A stretch of 64,000 bases of DNA from Balanoglossus misakiensis (lineage: Eukaryota; Animalia; Hemichordata): NCBI GenBank assembly GCA_040954595.2, contig CM082588.2, positions 10,772,844 through 10,836,843 of the forward strand. The letters run 5' to 3'. This document shows positions 15,001 through 30,000 of the stretch, in pieces. The notes beneath the pieces are model-generated. The model ran no database searches. It saw nothing but the letters and a program-made list of their open reading frames with translations, and was not told where the DNA came from. The translations under genes and the position numbers were made by a program. Numbering within the stretch: position 1 is the stretch's first letter; every line of letters begins with the position of its first letter.

Positions 15001-18000
15001 ACCATGGACATTTTAGAACTATCTCTCGATCTACAGAGTCTATAGTGGAAAACTTTCTTATGCACATAGGCCTATCTATGTGTTCTGCGCCTCACAACAG
15101 AAATCGGTAAATAAACGAGGCTGTATTTGGAAGCAACCATGAAATTTTACAACTATCCGTCGATCTACAGAGTCTAGTGGAAAAATGTCTCATGCGCATA
15201 GGCCTATCATGTGTTCTGCGCCTCACAACAGAAATCGGTAAATAAACGAGGCTGTTTGGAAGCAACCATGGAAATTTTACAACTATCCGTCGATCTACAG
15301 AGTCTAGTGGAAAACGTTATTATGCGCATAGGCCTATATATGTGTTCTGCGCATCACAACAGAATTTTGTAAACAAACGAGGCTGTGTTTGGAAGCAACC
15401 ATGGACATTTTAGAACTATCTCTCGATCTACAGAGTCTATAGTGGAAAACTTTCTTATGCACATAGGCCTATCTATGTGTTCTGCGCCTCACAACAGAAA
15501 TCGGTAAATAAACGAGGCTGTATTTGGAAGCAACCATGAAATTTTACAACTATCCGTCGATCTACAGAGTCTAGTGGAAAAATGTCTCATGCGCATAGGC
15601 CTATCATGTGTTCTGCGCCTCACAACAGAAATCGGTAAATAAACGAGGCTGTTTGGAAGCAACCATGGAAATTTTACAGCTATCCGTCGATCTACAGAGT
15701 CTAGTGGAAACGTTCTTATGCGCATAGGCCTATATATGTGTTCTGCGCATCACAACAGAATTTTGTAAACAAACGAGGCTGTGTTTGGTAGCAACCATGG
15801 ACATTTTAGAACTATCTCTCGATCTACAGAGTCTATAGTGGAAAACTTTCTTATGCACATATGCCTATCTATGTGTTCTGCGCCTCACAACAGAATTCGG
15901 TAAATAAACGAGGCTGTTTGGAAGCAACCATGGAAATTTTACAACTATCCGTCGATCTACAGAGTCTAGTGGAAAACGTTATTATGCGCATAGGCCTATA
16001 TATGTGTTCTGCGCATCACAACAGAATTTTGTAAACAAACGAGGCTGTGTTTGGAAGCAACCATGGACATTTTAGAACTATCTCTCGATCTACAGAGTCT
16101 ATAGTGGAAAACTTTCTTATGCACATAGGCCTATCTATGTGTTCTGTGCCTCACAACAGAATTCGGTAAATAAACGAGGCTGTTTGGAAGCAACCATGGA
16201 AATTTTACAACTATCCGTCGATCTACAGAGTCTAGTGGAAAACGTTCTTATGCGCATAGGCCTATATATGTGTTCTGCGCATCACAAAAGAATTTTGTAA
16301 ACAAACGAGGCTGTGTTTGGAAGCAACCATGGACATTTTAGAACTATCTCTCGATCTACAGAGTCTATAGTGGAAAACTTTCTTATGCACATATGCCTAT
16401 CTATGTGTTCTGCGCCTCAAAACAGAATTCCGTAAATAAACGAGGCTGTTTGGAAGCAAACATGGCAATTTTAGAACTATCTCTCGATCTACAGAGTATA
16501 GTGGAAAACGTTCATATGCGCATAGGCCTATCTATGTGTTCTGCGCATCACAACAGAATTTTGTAAACAAACCAGGCTTTGTTTGGAAGCAACCATGGAC
16601 ATTTTAGAACTATTCGTCGATCTACGGAGTCTAGTGGAAAACTTTCTTATGCGCATAGGCATATGTATGTGTTCTACGCATCACAACAGAATTCGGTAAA
16701 TAAACGAGGCTGTTTGGAAACAACCATGGAAATTTTAGAACTATCCGTTGATCTAAAGTTGAAAAGTTTTTTATGCGCATAGGCCTATCTATGTGTTCTG
16801 CGCCTCACAACAGAAATCGGTAAATAAACGAGGCTGTTTGGAAGCAACCATGGAAATTTTACAACTATCTCTCGATCTACAGAGTCTATAGTGGAAAACT
16901 TTCTTATTCACATATGCCTATCTATGTGTTCTGCGCCTCAAAACAGAATTCCGCAAATAAACGAGGCTGTTTGGAAGCAAACATGGAAGTTTTAGAACTA
17001 TCTCTCGATCTACAGTGTATAGTGGAAAACGTTCATATGCGCATAGGCCTATCTATGTGTTCTGCGCATCACAACAGAATTTTGTAAACAAACGAGGCTG
17101 TGTTTGGTAGCAACCATGGACATTTTAGAACTATCTCTCGATCTACAGAGTCTATAGTGGAAAACTTTCTTATGCACATATGCCTATCTATGTGTTCTGC
17201 GCCTCACAACAGAATTCGGTAAATAAACGAGGCTGTTTGGAAGCAACCATGGAAATTTTACAACTATCCGTCGATCTACGGAGTCTGGTGGAAAACTTTC
17301 TTATGCGCATAGCCCTATATATGTGTTCTGCGCATCACAACAGAATTCGTAAACAAACGAGGTTGTTTGGAAGCAACCATGGAAATTTTACAACTATCCG
17401 TCGATCTACAGAGTCTAGTGGAAAAATGTCTTATGCGCATTGGCCTATCATGTGTTCTGCGCCTCACAACAGAAATCAGTAAATAAACGAGGCTGTTTGG
17501 AAGCAACCATGGAAATTTTACAACTATCAGTCCATCTACAGAGTCTGGTGGAAAACTTTCTTATGCGCATAGGCCTATAACGTGTTCTGCGCCTAACAAC
17601 AGAATTCGGTAAATAAACGAGGCTGTTTGGAAGCAACCATGGAAATTTTACAACTATCCGTCGATCTACAGAGTCTGGTGGAAAACTTTCTTATGCGCAT
17701 AGGCCTATAACGTGTTCTGCGCCTAACAACAGAATTCGGTAAATAAACGAGGCTGTTTGGAAGCAACCATGGAAATTTTAAAACTATCCGTCGATCTACA
17801 GAGTCTAGTGGAAAACGTTATAATGCGCATAGGCCTATCTATGTGTTATGCGCATCACAACAGAAATCGGTAAATAAACGAGGCTGTATTTGGAAGCAAC
17901 CATGAACATTTTACAACTATCCGTCGATCTACAGAGTCTAGTGGAAAACGTTCTTATGCGCATAGGCCTATATATGTGTTCTGCGCATCACAACAGAATT

Positions 18001-21000
18001 CGGTAAACAAACGAGGTTGTTTGGAAGCAACCATGGACATTTTACAACTATCCGTCGATCTACAGAGTCTAGTTGAAAAATGTCGTATGCGCATAGGCCT
18101 ATCATGTGTTCTGCGCCTCAAAACAGAATTCCGTAAATAAACGAGGCTGTTTGCAAGCAAACATGGAAATTTTACAGCTATCCGTCGATCTACAGAGTCT
18201 AGTGGAAAACGTTCTTTTGCGCATAGGCCTATATATGTGTTATGCGCATCACAACAGAAATCGGTAAATAAACGAGGCTGTATTTGGAAGCAACCATGGA
18301 CATTTTACAACTATCCGTCGATCTACAGAGTCTTGTGGAAAACTTTCTAATGCGCATAGGCCTATTACGTGTTCTGCGCCTCACAACAGAATTCCGTAAA
18401 TAAACGAGGCTGTTTGGAAGCAACCATGGAAATGTTAGAACTATCCGTCGATCTACAGAGTCTAGTGGAAAAATGTCTTATGCGCATAGGCCTATCATGT
18501 GTTCTGCGCCTCACAACAGAAATCGGTAAATAAACGAGGCAGTTTGGAAGCAACCATGGAAATTTTACAGCTATCCGTCGATCTACAGAGTCTAGTGGAA
18601 AACGTTCTTTTGCGCATAGGCCTATATATGTGTTCTGCGCATCACAACAGAATTTTGTAAACAAACGAGGCTGTGTTTGGAAGCAACCATGGACATTTTA
18701 GAACTATCTCTCGATCTACAGAGTCTATAGTGGAAAACTTTCTTATGCACATATGCCTATCTATGTGTTCTGCGCCTAAAAACAGAATTCCGTAAATAAA
18801 CGAGGCTGTTTGGAAGCAAACATGGCAATTTTACAGCTATCCGTGGATATACAGAGTCTAGTGGAAAACGTTCTTATGCGCATAGGCCTATATATGTGTT
18901 CTGCGCATCACAACAGAATTTTGTAAACAAACGAGGCTGTGTTTGGAAGCAACCATGGAAATTTTAGAACTATCCGTTGATCTAAAGTTGAAAAGTTTTT
19001 TATGCGCATAGGCCTATCTATGTGTTCTGCGCCTCACAACAGAAATCGGTAAATAAACGAGGCTGTTTGGAAGCAACCATGGAAATTTTACAACTATCTC
19101 TCGATCTACAGAGTCTATAGTGGAAAACTTTCTTATTCACATATGCCTATCTATGTGTTCTGCGCCTCAAAACAGAATTCCGCAAATAAACGAGGCTGTT
19201 TGGAAGCAAACATGGAAGTTTTAGAACTATCTCTCGATCTACAGTGTATAGTGGAAAACGTTCATATGCGCATAGGCCTATCTATGTGTTCTGCGCATCA
19301 CAACAGAATTTTGTAAACAAACGAGGCTGTGTTTGGTAGCAACCATGGACATTTTAGAACTATCTCTCGATCTACAGAGTCTATAGTGGAAAACTTTCTT
19401 ATGCACATAGGCCTATCTATGTGTTCTGCGCCTCACAACAGAATTCGGTAAATAAACGAGGCTGTTTGGAAGCAACCATGGAAATTTTACAACTATCCGT
19501 CGATCTACGGAGTCTGGTGGAAAACTTTCTTATGCGCATAGGCCTATTACGTGTTCTGCGTCTCACAACAGAATTCGGTAAATAAACGAGGCTGTTTGGA
19601 AGCAACCATGGAAATTTTAGAACTATCTCTCGATCTACAGAGTCTAGTGGAAAACGTTCTTATGCGCATAGGCCTATATATGTGTTCTGCGCATCACAAC
19701 AGAATTCGTAAACAAACGAGGTTGTTTGGAAGCAACCATGGAAATTTTACAACTATCCGTCGATCTACAGAGTCTAGTGGAAAAATGTCTTATGCGCATT
19801 GGCCTATCATGTGTTCTGCGCCTCACAACAGAAATCAGTAAATAAACGAGGCTGTTTGGAAGCAACCATGGAAATTTTACAACTATCCGTCGATCTACAG
19901 AGTCTAGTGGAAACGTTCTTATGCGCATAGGCCTATATATGTGTTCAGCGCATCACAACAGAATTTTGTAAACAAACGAGGCTGTGTTTGGTAGCAACCA
20001 TGGACATTTTAGAACTATCTCTCGATCTACAGAGTCTATAGTGGAAAACTTTCTTATGCACATATGCCTATCTATGTGTTCTGCGCCTCACAACAGAATT
20101 CGGTAAATAAACGAGGCTGTTTGGAAGCAACCATGGAAATTTTACAACTATCCGTCGATCTACAGAGTCTAGTGGAAAACGTTATTATGCGCATAGGCCT
20201 ATATATGTGTTCTGCGCATCACAACAGAATTTTGTAAACAAACGAGGCTGTGTTTGGAAGCAACCATGGACATTTTAGAACTATCTCTCGATCTACAGAG
20301 TCTATAGTGGAAAACTTTCTTATGCACATAGGCCTATCTATGTGTTCTGTGCCTTACAACAGAATTCGGTAAATAAACGAGGCTGTTTGGAAGCAACCAT
20401 GGAAATTTTACAACTATCCGTCGATCTACAGAGTCTAGTGGAAAACGTTATTATGCGCATAGGCCTATATATGTGTTCTGCGCATCACAACAGAATTTTG
20501 TAAACAAACGAGGCTGTGTTTGGAAGCAACCATGGACATTTTAGAACTATCTCTCGATCTACAGAGTCTATAGTGGAAAACTTTCTTATGCACATATGCC
20601 TATCTATGTGTTCTGCGCCTCAAAACAGAATTCCGTAAATAAACGAGGCTGTTTGGAAGCAAACATGGAAATTTTAGAACTATCTCTCGATCTACAGAGT
20701 ATAGTGGAAAACGTTCATATGCGCATAGGCCTATCTATGTGTTCTGCGCATCACAACAGAATTTTGTAAACAAACCAGGCTTTGTTTGGAAGCAACCATG
20801 GACATTTTAGAACTATTCGTCGATCTACGGAGTCTAGTGGAAAACTTTCTTATGCGCATAGGCATATGTATGTGTTCTACGCATCACAACAGAATTCGGT
20901 AAATAAACGAGGCTGTTTGGAAACAACCATGGAAATTTTAGAACTATCCGTTGATCTAAAGTTGAAAAGTTTTTTATGCGCATAGGCCTATCTATGTGTT

Positions 21001-24000
21001 CTGCGCCTCACAACAGAAATCGGTAAATAAACGAGGCTGTTTGGAAGCAACCATGGAAATTTTACAACTATCTCTCGATCTACAGAGTCTATAGTGGAAA
21101 ACTTTCTTATTCACATATGCCTATCTATGTGTTCTGCGCCTCAAAACAGAATTCCGCAAATAAACGAGGCTGTTTGGAAGCAAACATGGAAGTTTTAGAA
21201 CTATCTCTCGATCTACAGTGTATGGTGGAAAACGTTCATATGCGCATAGGCCTATCTATGTGTTCTGCGCATCACAACAGAATTTTGTAAACAAACGAGG
21301 CTGTGTTTGGTAGCAACCATGGACATTTTAGAACTATCTCTCGATCTACAGAGTCTATAGTGGAAAACTTTCTTATGCACATATGCCTATCTATGTGTTC
21401 TGCGCCTCACAACAGAATTCGGTAAATAAACGAGGCTGTTTGGAAGCAACCATGGAAATTTTACAACTATCCGTCGATCTACGGAGTCTGGTGGAAAACT
21501 TTCTTATGCGCATAGCCCTATATATGTGTTCTGCGCATCACAACAGAATTTTGTAAACAAACGAGGCTGTGTTTGGTAGCAACCATGGACATTTTAGAAC
21601 TATCTCTCGATCTACAGAGTCTATAGTGGAAAACTTTCTTATGCACATAGGCCTATCTATGTGTTCTGCGCCTCACAACAGAATTCGGTAAATAAACGAG
21701 GCTGTTTGGAAGCAACCATGGAAATTTTACAACTATCCGTCGATCTACGGAGTCTGGTGGAAAACTTTCTTATGCGCATAGGCCTATTACGTGTTCTGCG
21801 TCTCACAACAGAATTCGGTAAATAAACGAGGCTGTTTGGAAGCAAACATGGAAGTTTTAGAACTATCTCTCGATCTACAGTGTATAGTGGAAAACGTTCA
21901 TATGCGCATAGGCCTATCTATGTGTTCTGCGCATCACAACAGAATTTTGTAAACAAACGAGGCTGTGTTTGGTAGCAACCATGGACATTTTAGAACTATC
22001 TCTCGATCTACAGAGTCTATAGTGGAAAACTTTCTTATGCACATAGGCCTATCTATGTGTTCTGCGCCTCACAACAGAATTCGGTAAATAAACGAGGCTG
22101 TTTGGAAGCAACCATGGAAATTTTACAACTATCCGTCGATCTACAGAGTCTAGTGGAAAACGTTCTTATGCGCATAGGCCTATATATGTGTTCTGCGCAT
22201 CACAACAGAATTCGTAAACAAACGAGGTTGTTTGGAAGCAACCATGGAAATTTTACAACTATCCGTCGATCTACAGAGTCTAGTGGAAAAATGTCTTATG
22301 CGCATTGGCCTATCATGTGTTCTGCGCCTCACAACAGAAATCAGTAAATAAACGAGGCTGTTTGGAAGCAACCATGGAAATTTTACAACTATCCGTCGAT
22401 CTACAGAGTCTAGTGGAAACGTTCTTATGCGCATAGGCCTATATATGTGTTCTGCGCATCACAACAGAATTCGTAAACAAACGAGGTTGTTTGGAAGCAA
22501 CCATGGAAATTTTACAACTATCCGTCGATCTACAGAGTCTAGTGGAAAAATGTCTTATGCGCATTGGCCTATCATGTGTTCTGCGCCTCACAACAGAAAT
22601 CAGTAAATAAACGAGGCTGTTTGGAAGCAACCATGGAAATTTTACAACTATCCGTCGATCTACAGAGTCTAGTGGAAACGTTCTTATGCGCATAGGCCTA
22701 TATATGTGTTCTGCGCATCACAACAGAATTTTGTAAACAAACGAGGCTGTGTTTGGTAGCAACCATGGACATTTTAGAACTATCTCTCGATCTACAGAGT
22801 CTATAGTGGAAAACTTTCTTATGCACATATGCCTATCTATGTGTTCTGCGCCTCACAACAGAATTCGGTAAATAAACGAGGCTGTTTGGAAGCAACCATG
22901 GAAATTTTACAACTATCCGTCGATCTACAGAGTCTAGTGGAAAACGTTATTATGCGCATAGGCCTATATATGTGTTCTGCGCATCACAACAGAATTTTGT
23001 AAACAAACGAGGCTGTGTTTGGAAGCAACCATGGACATTTTAGAACTATCTCTCGATCTACAGAGTCTATAGTGGAAAACTTTCTTATGCACATAGGCCT
23101 ATCTATGTGTTCTGTGCCTTACAACAGAATTCGGTAAATAAACGAGGCTGTTTGGAAGCAACCATGGAAATTTTACAACTATCCGTCGATCTACAGAGTC
23201 TAGTGGAAAACGTTATTATGCGCATAGGCCTATATATGTGTTCTGCGCATCACAACAGAATTTTGTAAACAAACGAGGCTGTGTTTGGAAGCAACCATGG
23301 ACATTTTAGAACTATCTCTCGATCTACAGAGTCTATAGTGGAAAACTTTCTTATGCACATATGCCTATCTATGTGTTCTGCGCCTCAAAACAGAATTCCG
23401 TAAATAAACGGGGCTGTTTGGAAGCAAACATGGAAATTTTAGAACTATCTCTCGATCTACAGAGTATAGTGGAAAACGTTCATATGCGCATAGGCCTATC
23501 TATGTGTTCTGCGCATCACAACAGAATTTTGTAAACAAACCAGGCTTTGTTTGGAAGCAACCATGGACATTTTAGAACTATTCGTCGATCTACGGAGTCT
23601 AGTGGAAAACTTTCTTATGCGCATAGGCATATGTATGTGTTCTACGCATCACAACAGAATTCGGTAAATAAACGAGGCTGTTTGGAAACAACCATGGAAA
23701 TTTTAGAACTATCCGTTGATCTAAAGTTGAAAAGTTTTTTATGCGCATAGGCCTATCTATGTGTTCTGCGCCTCACAACAGAAATCGGTAAATAAACGAG
23801 GCTGTTTGGAAGCAACCATGGAAATTTTACAACTATCTCTCGATCTACAGAGTCTATAGTGGAAAACTTTCTTATTCACATATGCCTATCTATGTGTTCT
23901 GCGCCTCAAAACAGAATTCCGCAAATAAACGAGGCTGTTTGGAAGCAAACATGGAAGTTTTAGAACTATCTCTCGATCTACAGTGTATGGTGGAAAACGT

Positions 24001-27000
24001 TCATATGCGCATAGGCCTATCTATGTGTTCTGCGCATCACAACAGAATTTTGTAAACAAACGAGGCTGTGTTTGGTAGCAACCATGGACATTTTAGAACT
24101 ATCTCTCGATCTACAGAGTCTATAGTGGAAAACTTTCTTATGCACATATGCCTATCTATGTGTTCTGCGCCTCACAACAGAATTCGGTAAATAAACGAGG
24201 CTGTTTGGAAGCAACCATGGAAATTTTACAACTATCCGTCGATCTACGGAGTCTGGTGGAAAACTTTCTTATGCGCATAGCCCTATATATGTGTTCTGCG
24301 CATCACAACAGAATTTTGTAAACAAACGAGGCTGTGTTTGGTAGCAACCATGGACATTTTAGAACTATCTCTCGATCTACAGAGTCTATAGTGGAAAACT
24401 TTCTTATGCACATAGGCCTATCTATGTGTTCTGCGCCTCACAACAGAATTCGGTAAATAAACGAGGCTGTTTGGAAGCAACCATGGAAATTTTACAACTA
24501 TCCGTCGATCTACGGAGTCTGGTGGAAAACTTTCTTATGCGCATAGGCCTATTACGTGTTCTGCGTCTCACAACAGAATTCGGTAAATAAACGAGGCTGT
24601 TTGGAAGCAAACATGTAAGTTTTAGAACTATCTCTCGATCTACAGTGTATAGTGGAAAACGTTCATATGCGCATAGGCCTATCTATGTGTTCTGCGCATC
24701 ACAACAGAATTTTGTAAACAAACGAGGCTGTGTTTGGTAGCAACCATGGACATTTTAGAACTATCTCTCGATCTACAGAGTCTATAGTGGAAAACTTTCT
24801 TATGCACATAGGCCTATCTATTTGTTCTGCGCCTCACAACAGAATTCGGTAAATAAACGAGGCTGTTTGGAAGCAACCATGGAAATTTTACAACTATCCG
24901 TCGATCTACGGAGTCTGGTGGAAAACTTTCTTATACGCATAGGCCTATTACGTGTTCTGCGTCTCACAACAGAATTCGGTAAATAAACGAGGCTGTTTGG
25001 AAGCAACCATGGAAATTTTAGAACTATCTCTCGATCTACAGAGTCTAGTGGAAAACGTTCTTATGCGCATAGGCCTATATATGTGTTCTGCGCATCACAA
25101 CAGAATTCGTAAACAAACGAGGTTGTTTGGAAGCAACCATGGAAATTTTACAACTATCCGTCGATCTACAGAGTCTAGTGGAAAAATGTCTTATGCGCAT
25201 TGGCCTATCATGTGTTCTGCGCCTCACAACAGAAATCAGTAAATAAACGAGGCTGTTTGGAAGCAACCATGGAAATTTTACAACTATCTGTCGATCTACA
25301 GAGTCTAGTGGAAACGTTCTTATGCGCATAGGCCTATATATGTGTTCTGCGCATCACAACAGAATTTTGTAAACAAACGAGGCTGTGTTTGGTAGCAACC
25401 ATGGACATTTTAGAACTATCTCTCGATCTACAGAGTCTATAGTGGAAAACTTTCTTATGCACATATGCCTATCTATGTGTTCTGCGCCTCACAACAGAAT
25501 TCGGTAAATAAACGAGGCTGTTTGGAAGCAACCATGGAAATTTTACAACTATCCGTCGATCTACAGAGTCTAGTGGAAAACGTTATTATGCGCATAGGCC
25601 TATATATGTGTTCTGCGCATCACAACAGAATTTTGTAAACAAACGAGGCTGTGTTTGGAAGCAACCATGGACATTTTAGAACTATCTCTCGATCTACAGA
25701 GTCTATAGTGGAAAACTTTCTTATGCACATAGGCCTATCTATGTGTTCTGTGCCTTACAACAGAATTCGGTAAATAAACGAGGCTGTTTGGAAGCAACCA
25801 TGGAAATTTTACAACTATCCGTCGATCTACAGAGTCTAGTGGAAAACGTTATTATGCGCATAGGCCTATATATGTGTTCTGCGCATCACAACAGAATTTT
25901 GTAAACAAACGAGGCTGTGTTTGGAAGCAACCATGGACATTTTAGAACTATCTCTCGATCTACAGAGTCTATAGTGGAAAACTTTCTTATGCACATATGC
26001 CTATCTATGTGTTCTGCGCCTCAAAACAGAATTCCGTAAATAAACGAGGCTGTTTGGAAGCAAACATGGAAATTTTAGAACTATCTCTCGATCTACAGAG
26101 TATAGTGGAAAACGTTCATATGCGCATAGGCCTATCTATGTGTTCTGCGCATCACAACAGAATTTTGTAAACAAACCAGGCTTTGTTTGGAAGCAACCAT
26201 GGACATTTTAGAACTATTCGTCGATCTACGGAGTCTAGTGGAAAACTTTCTTATGCGCATAGGCATATGTATGTGTTCTACGCATCACAACAGAATTCGG
26301 TAAATAAACGAGGCTGTTTGGAAACAACCATGGAAATTTTAGAACTATCCGTTGATCTAAAGTTGAAAAGTTTTTTATGCGCATAGGCCTATCTATGTGT
26401 TCTGCGCCTCACAACAGAAATCGGTAAATAAACGAGGCTGTTTGGAAGCAACCATGGAAATTTTACAACTATCTCTCGATCTACAGAGTCTATAGTGGAA
26501 AACTTTCTTATTCACATATGCCTATCTATGTGTTCTGCGCCTCAAAACAGAATTCCGCAAATAAACGAGGCTGTTTGGAAGCAAACATGGAAGTTTTAGA
26601 ACTATCTCTCGATCTACAGTGTATGGTGGAAAACGTTCATATGCGCATAGGCCTATCTATGTGTTCTGCGCATCACAACAGAATTTTGTAAACAAACGAG
26701 GCTGTGTTTGGTAGCAACCATGGACATTTTAGAACTATCTCTCGATCTACAGAGTCTATAGTGGAAAACTTTCTTATGCACATATGCCTATCTATGTGTT
26801 CTGCGCCTCACAACAGAATTCGGTAAATAAACGAGGCTGTTTGGAAGCAACCATGGAAATTTTACAACTATCCGTCGATCTACGGAGTCTGGTGGAAAAC
26901 TTTCTTATGCGCATAGCCCTATATATGTGTTCTGCGCATCACAACAGAATTTTGTAAACAAACGAGGCTGTGTTTGGTAGCAACCATGGACATTTTAGAA

Positions 27001-30000
27001 CTATCTCTCGATCTACAGAGTCTATAGTGGAAAACTTTCTTATGCACATAGGCCTATCTATGTGTTCTGCGCCTCACAACAGAATTCGGTAAATAAACGA
27101 GGCTGTTTGGAAGCAACCATGGAAATTTTACAACTATCCGTCGATCTACGGAGTCTGGTGGAAAACTTTCTTATGCGCATAGGCCTATTACGTGTTCTGC
27201 GTCTCACAACAGAATTCGGTAAATAAACGAGGCTGTATTTGGAAGCAACCATGGACATTTTACAACTATCCGTCGATCTACAGAGTCCTGTGGAAAACTT
27301 TCTAATGCGCATAGGCCTATTACGTGTTCTGCGCCTCACAACATAATTCCGTAAATAAACGAGGCTGTTTGGAAGCAACCATGGAAATTTTACAACTATC
27401 CGTCGATCTACGGAGTCTGGTGGAAAACTTTCTTATGCGCATAGGCCTATTACGTGTTCTGCGTCTCACAACAGAATTCGGTAAATAAACGAGGCTGTTT
27501 GGAAGCAACCATGGAAATTTTAGAACTATCTCTCGATCTACAGAGTCTAGTGGAAAACGTTCTTATGCGCATAGGCCTATATATGTGTTCTGCGCATCAC
27601 AACAGAATTCGTAAACAAACGAGGTTGTTTGGAAGCAACCATGGAAATTTTACAACTATCCGTCGATCTACAGAGTCTAGTGGAAAAATGTCTTATGCGC
27701 ATTGGCCTATCATGTGTTCTGCGCCTCACAACAGAAATCAGTAAATAAACGAGGCTGTTTGGAAGCAACCATGGAAATTTTACAACTATCCGTCGATCTA
27801 CAGAGTCTAGTGGAAACGTTCTTATGCGCATAGGCCTATATATGTGTTCTGCGCATCACAACAGAATTTTGTAAACAAACGAGGCTGTGTTTGATAGCAA
27901 CCATGGACATTTTAGAACTATCTCTCGATCTACAGAGTCTATAGTGGAAAACTTTCTTATGCACATATGCCTATCTATGTGTTCTGCGCCTCACAACAGA
28001 ATTCGGTAAATAAACGAGGCTGTTTGGAAGCAACCATGGAAATTTTACAACTATCCGTCGATCTACAGAGTCTAGTGGAAAACGTTATTATGCGCATAGG
28101 CCTATATATGTGTTCTGCGCATCACAACAGAATTTTGTAAACAAACGAGGCTGTGTTTGGAAGCAACCATGGACATTTTAGAACTATCTCTCGATCTACA
28201 GAGTCTATAGTGGAAAACTTTCTTATGCACATAGGCCTATCTATGTGTTCTGTGCCTTACAACAGAAATCGGTAAATAAACGAGGCTGTTTGGAAGCAAC
28301 CATGGAAATTTTACAACTATCCGTCGATCTACAGAGTCTAGTGGAAAACGTTATTATGCGCATAGGCCTATATATGTGTTCTGCGCATCACAACAGAATT
28401 TTGTAAACAAACGAGGCTGTGTTTGGAAGCAACCATGGACATTTTAGAACTATCTCTCGATCTACAGAGTCTATAGTGGAAAACTTTCTTATGCACATAT
28501 GCCTATCTATGTGTTCTGCGCCTCAAAACAGAATTCCGTAAATAAACGAGGCTGTTTGGAAGCAAACATGGAAATTTTAGAACTATCTCTCGATCTACAG
28601 AGTATAGTGGAAAACGTTCATATGCGCATAGGCCTATCTATGTGTTCTGCGCATCACAACAGAATTTTGTAAACAAACCAGGCTTTGTTTGGAAGCAACC
28701 ATGGACATTTTAGAACTATTCGTCGATCTACGGAGTCTAGTGGAAAACTTTCTTATGCGCATAGGCATATGTATGTGTTCTACGCATCACAACAGAATTC
28801 GGTAAATAAACGAGGCTGTTTGGAAACAACCATGGAAATTTTAGAACTATCCGTTGATCTAAAGTTGAAAAGTTTTTTATGCGCATAGGCCTATCTATGT
28901 GTTCTGCGCCTCACAACAGAAATCGGTAAATAAACGAGGCTGTTTGGAAGCAACCATGGAAATTTTACAACTATCTCTCGATCTACAGAGTCTATAGTGG
29001 AAAACTTTCTTATTCACATATGCCTATCTATGTGTTCTGCGCCTCAAAACAGAATTCCGCAAATAAACGAGGCTGTTTGGAAGCAAACATGGAAGTTTTA
29101 GAACTATCTCTCGATCTACAGTGTATGGTGGAAAACGTTCATATGCGCATAGGCCTATCTATGTGTTCTGCGCATCACAACAGAATTTTGTAAACAAACG
29201 AGGCTGTGTTTGGTAGCAACCATGGACATTTTAGAACTATCTCTCGATCTACAGAGTCTATAGTGGAAAACTTTCTTATGCACATATGCCTATCTATGTG
29301 TTCTGCGCCTCACAACAGAATTCGGTAAATAAACGAGGCTGTTTGGAAGCAACCATGGAAATTTTACAACTATCCGTCGATCTACGGAGTCTGGTGGAAA
29401 ACTTTCTTATGCGCATAGCCCTATATATGTGTTCTGCGCATCACAACAGAATTCGTAAACAAACGAGGTTGTTTGGAAGCAACCATGGAAATTTTACAAC
29501 TATCCGTTGATCTACAGAGTCTAGTGGAAAAATGTCTTATGCGCATTGGCCTATCATGTGTTCTGCGCCTCACAACAGAAATCAGTAAATAAACGAGGCT
29601 GTTTGGAAGCAACCATGGAAATTTTACAACTATCAGTCCATCTACAGAGTCTGGTGGAAAACTTTCTTATGCGCATAGGCCTATAACGTGTTCTGCGCCT
29701 AACAACAGAATTCGGTAAATAAACGAGGCTGTTTGGAAGCAACCATGGAAATTTTACAAAAATCCGTCGATCTACAGAGTCTGGTGGAAAACTTTCTTAT
29801 GCGCATAGGCCTATAACGTGTTCTGCGCCTAACAACAGAATTCGGTAAATAAACGAGGCTGTTTGGAAGCAACCATGGAAATTTTACAACTATCCGTCGA
29901 TCTACAGAGTCTAGTGGAAAACGTTATAATGCGCATAGGCCTATCTATGTGTTATGCGCATCACAACAGAAATCGGTAAATAAACGAGGCTGTATTTGGA